Source: Candidatus Woesearchaeota archaeon CG10_big_fil_rev_8_21_14_0_10_45_16
Lineage (GTDB): Archaea; Nanobdellota; Nanobdellia; Woesearchaeales; GW2011-AR9
NCBI GenBank assembly: GCA_002762785.1
Contig: PCXY01000003.1
Location: forward strand, 3,317-67,316
Direction of reading: 5' to 3'
DNA length: 64,000 nt
Shown one piece after another: positions 35,477-44,200 of this stretch (its first letter is position 1; each line of letters opens with the position of its first letter). The notes beneath the pieces are model-generated. The model was not told where the DNA came from. It saw only the letters and a program-made list of their open reading frames with translations, and made no database searches. A program made the position numbers and the translations under genes.

Positions 35477-36037
35477 GTGTGTGATTCAAGCGACTTGGAA
35501 GTGCGAACAACGGAAAAAGGGAAATCGTTGTTTACAAAAAAAGAAGTGAAGAAAGGAGAAGTTCTTCTCGCTTTTGAGAGGAATTTTGTCTCACGTCCTT
35601 CTCGCTTCACGCTACAGATTGATGAAGGTGTCTTTCAGATCAGCAGTTCTCCTGGTACCCTTGAAAATTATATCAACCATTCTTGCGATCCAAATTGTTA
35701 CATCGACTTCTCTGAGCTAGTGTTTCGTGCCCGCCGCAAAATTCGCCAGGGGGAAGAGTTGTCTTTTAACTATAACACTACAGAGTGGGACATGGAGCGT
35801 GGCACCGACAAAGGTTTTGTCTGCTGCTGCAGCGCTGAGAACTGTGTCTATAAAGTGAGAGGCTTCAGATACCTCTCTCCTGAGATCAAGGCAGTCCTGC
35901 GTCCGATACTGTCGCCGTTCCTGACCAAGAAGCTGCTGCGCGAAAATGCCCGGCTGCAGAAAAACCTCCAGAAGAGCCTGCAGAGAAAAGAAGTCTTGCT
36001 AGCCCAGCCGATCCAGCTGCTGACGCCCGATAATTGA
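35477..36037 (+). CDS. SET-domain protein lysine methyltransferase
   Basis: 'NHSCDPN', 'GEELSFNY', post-SET-like 'CCCSAENC'. Confidence 0.75.
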   Translation: MCDSSDLEVRTTEKGKSLFTKKEVKKGEVLLAFERNFVSRPSRFTLQIDEGVFQISSSPGTLENYINHSCDPNCYIDFSELVFRARRKIRQGEELSFNYNTTEWDMERGTDKGFVCCCSAENCVYKVRGFRYLSPEIKAVLRPILSPFLTKKLLRENARLQKNLQKSLQRKEVLLAQPIQLLTPDN

Positions 36038-36055
36038 CCTAATCACTAAAGATTC

Positions 36056-37105
36056 TTAAGCTCTTTCTTGGACCATCTCCCACAACTGCGGCAGTCTCCT
36101 GATGATGCTCTGATGCGCAGCTATCCTTCTCTCCAGGGCCACGCCATGGATCGGCGTCTCCACTACGATGACTGATCTTGCTGCCGGTTTTATCATCGCT
36201 CTATCGTCATGCCAATATTTTTCTGCTGCTAAGAATTCATCGATAGACCCATCTGAAGTATAGGCGATCCCGCCCCTGATCTCTTCGCCATACGTTGTCT
36301 TTCCCGTCATCTGCAGGCCCATCCCTGCCTTTTGAAGCAGTTGCACAACGCTCTTCGCGACCAGATCTTCAGATCGTAACGGTCCCTGAGAATAGATGTA
36401 TGGCGGTCCTCTGATGTCGTCATCCTCGTGGAAGTCTATGCTTAACAAAGGCGGGTATCGTTCCAGCAATGAACGAACATGTTCTGTAAATCTGGCTGCA
36501 TACTCGCTGGCCGCCTGGGCTGTCCTTGGTCCTTGCTGGTCTTCTCGCAGCAGCAGATGTTCTGAATCGCCGACGCTGTGGCCTTGCCTGCCGTCGCTAG
36601 GATGGTCGTAATACCTCCAGTTGAGAGCATAACCCAAAGGGTTTGCTAATGGTATCAGCACCATGGGGATCCCTTCTTTTGGTCTCTTTTTGTTTTGTCC
36701 ATCGCTGGTTTTGGGATTTGTCCTTTGATTTGTCCTTTGATCACTAAAATGATCCAGAAGAGCTAAAGATTTCGCCAACGCATTTGGTCCTGCTGGTTCT
36801 TCTCCATGGATGCCGCCGATCAGATATACTGCCGGCCCTTCTCTCTCTGTCGTGAAGGAATAGCAAGGGAGATCCGTTTTTCTGCCGTCGATCTCTGCCC
36901 CGATCTTGTAGATCTCCTGTTGCTGCCAGCCGGTCTTGTTTCCATGTCTTTCAAATTGGTCCAAGAGTATCGGCAGAACCGTCCGGCCGTCTTCAGTATA
37001 AGATTTATTTGCATTGGGAGGACGGGCTACTCCCTGACTGCCAGCATGATCTTGATTCGGCACCGAATCTGTCGGAACCGGAGAAATTGCAGGGCTTTTT
37101 CGCAT
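36056..37105 (-). CDS. M14-like zinc carboxypeptidase / AstE-AspA-type deacylase
   Basis: 'GGIHGEEPAG' (HxxE zinc site) and 'IDFHED'. In-frame duplication 'NQRTNQRT' from a 12-bp tandem at ~36718-36741. Confidence 0.6.
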   Translation of the reverse strand: MRKSPAISPVPTDSVPNQDHAGSQGVARPPNANKSYTEDGRTVLPILLDQFERHGNKTGWQQQEIYKIGAEIDGRKTDLPCYSFTTEREGPAVYLIGGIHGEEPAGPNALAKSLALLDHFSDQRTNQRTNPKTSDGQNKKRPKEGIPMVLIPLANPLGYALNWRYYDHPSDGRQGHSVGDSEHLLLREDQQGPRTAQAASEYAARFTEHVRSLLERYPPLLSIDFHEDDDIRGPPYIYSQGPLRSEDLVAKSVVQLLQKAGMGLQMTGKTTYGEEIRGGIAYTSDGSIDEFLAAEKYWHDDRAMIKPAARSVIVVETPIHGVALERRIAAHQSIIRRLPQLWEMVQERA

Positions 37106-37222
37106 CAGCTTTCAGTTGTTCTTGTGGTTGAAGAAATATATAACCTTTATGCTGCTGCAGAAGAGTTGTTTGGGGAATCTTTATCCTATCTTTATCATTC
37201 TTATCCTTGTCATCGAAGATTA

Positions 37223-38980
37223 TCATCCCTGGTCGTCGCTGAAATCATCGGCTTCCCGGCGCAGCAAGATATTCTTCTGGTCTTTCTTTTCCCGGAACGC
37301 TCGGGGCACGAAGATCTTCTCCCTGGTCAGTGGATTTTCTCCGCTGTAATACATAGCCGTGGCCACCGTCCCGGGAGTAGGTGTGAACACCTGCGTGAGG
37401 TTGACATAAAGTTCATTGTCATCACAGAATCTCTTAAGCTTCCGCATCGATTCTTTAGTTGAGCCGGGATGCGCAGCTACAAAATAAGGCACCAAATTTT
37501 TCTTTGTACCTTGTTCAAAGTTCACTCTTTTGTACTCTGCTAGGAACCTGACGAAATCGTCTCTGGTGCCTTTGTTCATGTTTTTCAAGACTTCTTCGTC
37601 GATATGTTCCGGGGCGATCTTCAGACGGGAGATGAACTGCATGATCTTCCTGAACAGTTTCGGCTGGTCAAGGATGATGTCGTGCCGGATGGCGCTCCGT
37701 AGTTCCAGTTCTGCACCTTGGTATTTCTGCTGTAATCTCTCTACCCCTTCCAGCAGCGGATAGAGGTCATCGGAGATCCTGCGGTGCTTGCAGCCGACAC
37801 ATTGCTGGTTGCAGTACTCTTTCTTTGTGTAATGGTCTATCTCTTTATCGATGATCGGCGAACTGAGGGTCTCTTTATGGTTGTACAACTCACAGGATGA
37901 GCCATACATGTTCAAAGTCGGCAGCGTGAGGTCATTGACTTTAGGTATGCCTTCTTTGTACAAAGCTTCTACTTCTTTCAGCACGCTCTGCTGGCTGCGT
38001 TTGGCTACTGCTTTGCCTTGCACCAACGGGATGACGCAGAACGTGCAGCTGCCCCAGCAGCCTCTTCCTAGGATGACTGAATGCTGCAGCTTTTCTACCA
38101 TGCTCTCATTGAATTCCCGATTCTTGCTGGCTGGATGAAGTTTCCTGGTGAACGGCAGCTGGTAAATGAAGTCCATCTCCTCTTCTGTCAGCGTCGGTTC
38201 TGGTTCCGTATGATAGATGAAACCTAAACCGCAAGGTTCGATGAACGGATCATCGGGGCGGAGAAAATGGATCCTCGTCAGCAGATTGAAATTAAGCTTG
38301 TCCTGCAGGCATTCTTCATAACTAGGCAGGATCCTGGTATCTTTTGGAAGCTCATCCTTTTTTACCCTGAATGCTGTTCCTGGGATTGATGGCAGATCTA
38401 GTTCTTTTTTGATCTTGGGAAAGGAAGATATGCTTGGCGATCTCTCCATCCTCTGTAATAAAGTCAACAAAGCCCTTTCAGCGTTGCCGAACAATAACAA
38501 GTCTGCTTTACTGTCGTTGAGGATGCCTCTCCGCAAGGTGTTCTCTTTGTAATCGAAATGGGTGAATCGTCGTATCGTCGCTTCCACGCCGCCGATGATG
38601 GTCATGCTTCCCGGAAACAGTTCTTTGATCTTCTGGGTGTATGTTATGGTTGCTCTTTCTGGAACCAATACATTTTCCCGTTTCTTAAGCATCGGCGTGT
38701 AGTTGGCCAGCATCGAATCGAGCAATCCTGACGTTATGCAGAAAAAATACTTTGGTTTTCCGCAGGCTTGGAACTCTTCTACCGTTTCCGGCTGGGCGAT
38801 GATTCCTACTTTGTAGCTTTTCTTATCTAGCAGCCGGCTGAGGATGGCGATGCCGCTTAAAGGATGATCGTAATAAGGGTCTCCGGTGATGAAGATGACA
38901 TCAAACTGCTCAAAAACAGAGTTTCTTTTATTATGATGTCTCTTCCCTTCATCCAGGCTGGTCGGCAGGAACTGTTCCAT
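37223..38980 (-). CDS. YgiQ-family (UPF0313) radical SAM protein
   Basis: 'FITGDPYYDHPLSGIAILSRLL...YKVGIIAQP' N-terminus and 'GRGCWGSCTFC'. Confidence 0.8.
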   Translation of the reverse strand: MEQFLPTSLDEGKRHHNKRNSVFEQFDVIFITGDPYYDHPLSGIAILSRLLDKKSYKVGIIAQPETVEEFQACGKPKYFFCITSGLLDSMLANYTPMLKKRENVLVPERATITYTQKIKELFPGSMTIIGGVEATIRRFTHFDYKENTLRRGILNDSKADLLLFGNAERALLTLLQRMERSPSISSFPKIKKELDLPSIPGTAFRVKKDELPKDTRILPSYEECLQDKLNFNLLTRIHFLRPDDPFIEPCGLGFIYHTEPEPTLTEEEMDFIYQLPFTRKLHPASKNREFNESMVEKLQHSVILGRGCWGSCTFCVIPLVQGKAVAKRSQQSVLKEVEALYKEGIPKVNDLTLPTLNMYGSSCELYNHKETLSSPIIDKEIDHYTKKEYCNQQCVGCKHRRISDDLYPLLEGVERLQQKYQGAELELRSAIRHDIILDQPKLFRKIMQFISRLKIAPEHIDEEVLKNMNKGTRDDFVRFLAEYKRVNFEQGTKKNLVPYFVAAHPGSTKESMRKLKRFCDDNELYVNLTQVFTPTPGTVATAMYYSGENPLTREKIFVPRAFREKKDQKNILLRREADDFSDDQG

Positions 38981-39276
38981 TTAGGCTGGATTCCTTTCTC
39001 TATTCAAAAAAGTAGCGGCCGAAAATCATTACGGGCTAAAGTTATCCTGAACTTTTCTTTTCCCAAGATCTCTGTTTCTGTCAAATCCTTTTCTGGCCCG
39101 AACGTCCCTCTTCTTTTCTGATTCAACCTGTTTTCTCCCTATATCTTTAGGCACTGCCAAATATGTGTGATAAACGTCTATCAGAAATATCTGCTCTATT
39201 TGCTTAGTCTGTTTGTCTAGTTTATTCGTTGTCACAGACCAAAATACTTATAAACTTCAGCTTCTTTCTTCTGGTC

Positions 39277-40806
39277 ATGCCCCTGGGTGAAAAAAAGGAG
39301 AAAGTAAAGAAACGCAAGCTTGTCCAGAAGAAGCGCTCAAAGAAAGAAAAATATAAGTCCATCCAGGACGCTTCTCTGGAAGAAAATATTCCCACAGATT
39401 CTTTTCCAGAAGGTTTGGATTCTCCGCAAGAGGTCTCGGGCTCTGCTCCTGATGGTCCTGTTCCCCCCCTGGAGGAGTCGCCTCAAGAAGAAAAGATTCC
39501 TGTCGCTGCCAAGCCTTCTAAAAAACCAGAGAGCAAGTCTTCTCTTCGTAAACATAATCAGAAGAAAAAACATCATCGGGAAAACAAAGACAAGACCCGA
39601 CGGCTGATAATCGATCTTCTGAAGAGCCGTACTGAAGGGCTTACTATCTCTGAGGTCATGGACAAGCTCAACCTGGCCCGTCATACCATCTTAGCCAGGC
39701 TTCACGCTCTCGTCGGTGAGGGGAAGGTGGTGGTCCGTCAGGTCAACATGGCTAAGCTCCATTATTGGAAAGCGACTGCACCTCCCGAAGAAATCATCGT
39801 GTCATCGGAGAAAGAACATCCCGAACAGGAAAGGGTTAAAGTGAAACCGCTTCATGAAGAGCACTTCAAGAAAGCTCCTAAAAGTCCCCTCCCTGCTGAG
39901 TCATCTCCTGCTGAACAGCTGATGGACATCGCTTCCATCAAGAAGAAGATCCTAGGTGAGCTGCGACAGGGTACGATCAAGAAGCCAGAGGCCCTTATCA
40001 AAGAAACCCGGGCGCCGTTGGTCCACATCATGGAGCATACCGAGCATCCTTCAAAAAGGAAACCTCAAGAATATCTTCTGACTGGCATCCCTGGGTTTGA
40101 TGAGCTTCTGGGCAATGGTATCCCTCGTGGTTCTGCTATCTTGGTGGCGGGGGGAGCCGGCAGCGGCAAGACTATCTTCAGCCTGCAGACTCTTTATAAT
40201 CATGCTCTCTCTGGTGAGAAATGTCTTTACATGAGCTTTGAAGAGCCGGAAGATCACCTGATCCACCACATGGAGGACTTCGGCTGGGATCCTTTGCCGC
40301 TGATCAAGAAAGGTAACCTTATGGTAAAACGGTTCAACCCCTTTGACATCACTCGTAACGTTGATGCTTTGCTGCTGAAAGCCAAAGGCGAGCTTCTTAT
40401 CGATATTGAGCCTATCCTTTTCCCTGATGGTTTTGTCCCTAAGATCATCGTCATCGATTCTTTGACGGCCATCGCATCTGCTTTCTCCAGCAAAGAGGAT
40501 TCTTACCGTGTTTACATTGAACAATTGTTCCGCTTCTTTGAGAAGATGGGCGCTACCTCTTTCCTTATCACTGAGACAAAGCAGATCCCGACAGTCTTCA
40601 GCACCAGTGGTGTGGAAGAGTTCTTGGCAGACGGGGTGATCGTCTTATACAACCTTGAACGAGCCAATGTCCGGGAAAGCGCCATCGAAGTGTTGAAGAT
40701 GCGTGGTTCTCGTCATGTCAAAAAGATTGTTGCCATGCAGATCTCTGATGATGGCATTGTCGTCTTCCCGGGTCAGGAAGTCTTCGAAGAGATTGGTGGC
40801 GAATAA
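39277..40806 (+). CDS. Lys-rich N-terminal tail + winged-helix domain + KaiC/RecA-like ATPase
   Basis: wHTH 'LTISEVMDKLNLARHTILARLHALVGEGKV'. 'GIPGFDELLGNGIPRGS', Walker A 'GGAGSGKT', Walker B 'IIVIDSL'. ATG 39277 lies ~25 nt after CTTATAAAC (ORF track TTG start 39229). Confidence 0.75.
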   Translation: MPLGEKKEKVKKRKLVQKKRSKKEKYKSIQDASLEENIPTDSFPEGLDSPQEVSGSAPDGPVPPLEESPQEEKIPVAAKPSKKPESKSSLRKHNQKKKHHRENKDKTRRLIIDLLKSRTEGLTISEVMDKLNLARHTILARLHALVGEGKVVVRQVNMAKLHYWKATAPPEEIIVSSEKEHPEQERVKVKPLHEEHFKKAPKSPLPAESSPAEQLMDIASIKKKILGELRQGTIKKPEALIKETRAPLVHIMEHTEHPSKRKPQEYLLTGIPGFDELLGNGIPRGSAILVAGGAGSGKTIFSLQTLYNHALSGEKCLYMSFEEPEDHLIHHMEDFGWDPLPLIKKGNLMVKRFNPFDITRNVDALLLKAKGELLIDIEPILFPDGFVPKIIVIDSLTAIASAFSSKEDSYRVYIEQLFRFFEKMGATSFLITETKQIPTVFSTSGVEEFLADGVIVLYNLERANVRESAIEVLKMRGSRHVKKIVAMQISDDGIVVFPGQEVFEEIGGE

Positions 40807-40808
40807 GC

Positions 40809-40925
40809 TCATTCTTCTCCGCTTCTTTGCTCTCCCTCCATCATCTCTCCCTCCATCATCTCTCCCTCTCTCTCCATTCTCTCTTATCCTCTTCTCTTTG
40901 TCTCTTCTTTTCGTGTTTTCTTTGT
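40809..40925 (+). repeat. ~117-nt pyrimidine-rich tract containing 15-bp tandem CTCCCTCCATCATCT x2 plus a partial unit
   Basis: Hand count: 13 purines in 117 nt. Repeat units at 40831-40845 and 40846-40860. Confidence 0.85.
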
Positions 40926-41027
40926 CAAGGTGCGCCTTCCCCAAAATGCGAGTATTGGTAATTAATCTATCTTTCTTTTATTAATATCTAATAATTGGGA
41001 CTATTGCTTGGTACTAGAATGGAAACA

Positions 41028-41035
41028 TTTATATA
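41028..41035 (+). promoter_or_regulatory. TATA box TTTATATA for the giant-protein operon
   Basis: 23 nt upstream of ATG 41059. Confidence 0.55.
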
Positions 41036-41058
41036 TCAAAAATATCTTCTTCAGCCAG

Positions 41059-41259
41059 ATGGTGAAAAAAGAGGTAGAGGGTGCTATTTTTAAGTACATC
41101 AAGGACTCTTCTCCTCGGCCTGTCTCTACCAAAGAGATTGCCGAAACCCTAAAGATCGCCTGGCATACTGCCGACCGTTACTGCCTTAAGCTGCAACTTC
41201 AAAAGAAAGTGGGCTGTTTCACCATAGGTAAAGCCACTGCCTGGTATGCTGCCAAATGA
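41059..41259 (+). CDS. small winged-helix DNA-binding protein
   Basis: 'RPVSTKEIAETLKIAWHTADRYCLKLQLQKKV'. The stop overlaps the giant-gene start (ATGA). ORF track TTG start 41008. Confidence 0.6.
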   Translation: MVKKEVEGAIFKYIKDSSPRPVSTKEIAETLKIAWHTADRYCLKLQLQKKVGCFTIGKATAWYAAK

Positions 41260-44200
41260 TGCTCTCAAAAAAAGCCCGGATCAGTACATATCTTCTCTTT
41301 ATCGTGATACTTTTTTCTCTGGTCTTTTTCGTCCTCGCTGACAATCTTACTGGGGATCTTACTAGCGCTAAGGCTGGGGATGCTACCAATGAAACTCTCT
41401 CAAACCTTTCTTTAGATGATTCAGGCAATTTTTCTCAGGCAATTTCTAATGTTTCAATAATCTTTGATGACTCCGGTAGTACTTCGAATCAGTCAGAAGA
41501 CGATATTCAACCGTTAAAGAAGATAGTCAATCTGGAATCAAACCAGAGCAATAACCGCAGCCATCTTCAGCCTTTGATCAAGCTTAAAGACCGCCGCGGC
41601 CAGAAGTTGGGCCGTTTTGTCCTGACTGAAAGGGATAATGGCACCTATGACTTGGAACTGCATTCTGATAAGCCGCTGCTGAAAGCGAAAGCTGTCCGTC
41701 TTGACAAGTTAAAAAGTAAGCTCAAGCAGAATGGAAATGGCAGAAGTAACGGCAGGGGTGATAGAAAAGTAGGAAGCGAAGAAGCTGAAGACAGCAATGC
41801 CTCTGTGCGGATCAGAGGTATCAAAGGCGATCCGACAGAGATCACTGCGATGATCGACAGCCTTGACGACAACGCTGCTGCTATTGATGGTGGTCAGATC
41901 AACACTGAAGTGGTGGCCGTCAGTGAGGTCGAGATAGAAGAAGCAGTCATCCAGTTGCCGAAAGCCGGTTTTGTCAATAAGATCCTGCGCTGCACTGATT
42001 TTGACGAAGAACAGTTCAGCTGCTCTCAGTGGGAAGTTACTGATATCCCTTTCGTTGACCATGGTGATCACATCGAGTTCAACGTGACTCATTTCAGTGC
42101 CTATGCCGGCGGCGAGATCATCGCTATCGATGCAGTCCATCTGGATGAGAATTACTCCATCGTCTCTAATATCTATGCTGATGTTGAGTTGCAAGACGGG
42201 GTATGGAGCGAAGCTATCTATGCTGACGAATATGTAAGGGTTACTTTTGAACAGGATCTTACTGACGGTCGCTACATCGATGTTACGGCTCGGAGTAATG
42301 GGACTGTCGCTTATTTTGAAGTCTACGAGGCAGATACGAATCATCTGGTGGGCCGTTCAGCAGTGATAAACGGACCAGAACACCAGTATCTTCTGGTCGA
42401 TGGTCTTACCGAGCCGACAGATACGTTCGACTTTAAGATCGTAGCTGCTCTCAGCCCGATAGAAGAAGTGAATCAATGCATCAGCTATTGTCCTGTCACT
42501 TGCAATGAAGATTCTTACGATGGTTGTTTTGCTGGCTGTAGCGACGATTGTGATACAGTTACGGCGCATGAGGACCGTACCGTGTTTGTTCAGTTCGATT
42601 TCATCCATGACGATGCCATCACTGCCACCCAGGCTGACGGGATGATTGTCTATGATGAACTTAATGTCCAGACCCCTCGTTACCGCCTTTGGAACGAGTC
42701 AAATAATTTTACTGCTGAGCTGACCAATACTCAAAATGTCGGCGGTGACATCACCTGGAACCTATTACGGGGAAACCATGAACGCGACGAATTCATTCTG
42801 GGAACAGAGGACAAGAACAACGATGTTAACGTCCAGGTCTATAGCAACGGAGCGTGGGGCAACCTGCTGGAAGTAAGCGCCGACGTCCAGAACTCCAACT
42901 CTCGTGGGTTTTCCATCGCTTATGAGGACGTTTCAGGAGACGCTTTGATCGTCTATGAAAACTTGAGCTCGAACGATCAGTTCTTCAAGTATCGTATCTG
43001 GAATGGCACTTCTTATTCTAATGAATTCACCCTTCAAACAGGCCTTCCGTCAAGTAGTGTCCGCTGGATAAATGCTATTCCCCGGTCTGGCAGTGACGAA
43101 ATAATGGTCTTGGTCCATAACAATGCCGGCGACCTGCATGCTCAACTTTGGAACGGCACCAGTTTTGATAATATCCACAACCTTACGATGTCTCTTTCTA
43201 CTACTACCAACACCGAGGAACATTTTAACTTTCAGTGGGAAAGCAAGAGCGATGACGGCATTATCATGTATGGTGTAGGGAGTAATCTAGTCTATCGAGC
43301 TTTTTCCCTCACAGCGCCTTACTGGACTGCCGAAACTAGCATCAGCTTGGGAAACCCTCTCCACGGGTTGCGGATGTGCGCCGATCCAACTTCCGATTAC
43401 ATCGGTATCATCGTCCAGGACGGCGGCAACGATCTCAACGTTAGGATGTGGGACGGCACTCAGATACTTGCTGGTCCGCCAACAGAGGACATACTTGTTG
43501 AGCCTGACGGATCCAATAACGCTAACATCGATTGCGGCTGGTATAACTCCAGCAGTGCTTTATTCGGCTTCATCGACCAGACAGGTGGTGGGAACGGTCT
43601 GTTAAGCATGGATTATTTCACTTTCACCAAAACTAACACTTGGAGTGATCCTTCATTAGGCATTCCTCTCCTTTTGCTTGATAACGCCCCCACAACCGTA
43701 AACTTTGCTTCCGACGACATCGACGGGCTTCGGTTTGCTGAACATCCGACTCTTCCAGAGATTATGGTCACTGCTCAAGACTTGCAGGAACGGGTCGCTC
43801 TGATCCGTTGGAACGGCACCCGTTTTCGGGGTGTCGGCGAATCTCCTGTCGAGACAGCCACTGAAGTGACCAACGGCGGGCAGGAGAGCGCTTTCTTCGA
43901 ATGGTCAAGATACGATCCAGTGCCGAACGTTACTGCTGTCAATCCCAGCGGGCTTAATTTTCCTGCAAATACGCTTATCTCTCTTAATGCTACGGTGCGC
44001 GATAATGTTGGTGTTTCTGTTGTCGTCGCCAACGTCACTTTTCCTAACAGCTCTATCCAATCTTTTACTCTTTTGGATAGTGATGCTGATAACATCTTCA
44101 ACAGCACTCTCATCACCGCTCTAAGTGGTTTTTACACTGTCCGCATCTTTGCTAACGATACCAGCACTCACCGTAATCTTAATAGTTCTGAGTCCGTGAC

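Noticed and set aside
36806-37462. 218-aa plus-strand ORF spanning the M14 and YgiQ gene ends
   Set aside because: It is antisense to two motif-supported genes and has no promoter or RBS context.
39029-39235. 68-aa basic ORF in the YgiQ / KaiC-like intergenic region
   Set aside because: It lies in a divergent promoter region and may be spurious. I see no TATA or RBS for it, so I cannot support it.
40645-40984. ORFs of 99 aa (-) and 93 aa (+) across the pyrimidine tract
   Set aside because: They are low-complexity translations (RDDGG repeats, poly-S/L/P) of the CT-rich repeat, and one overlaps the KaiC-like gene's 3' end.
42815-42830. AACGATGTTAA 11-mer (the core of the island repeat) inside the giant gene
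   Set aside because: The flanking sequence does not match the repeat and it is in-frame coding sequence (NNDVNV). Treated as coincidence.
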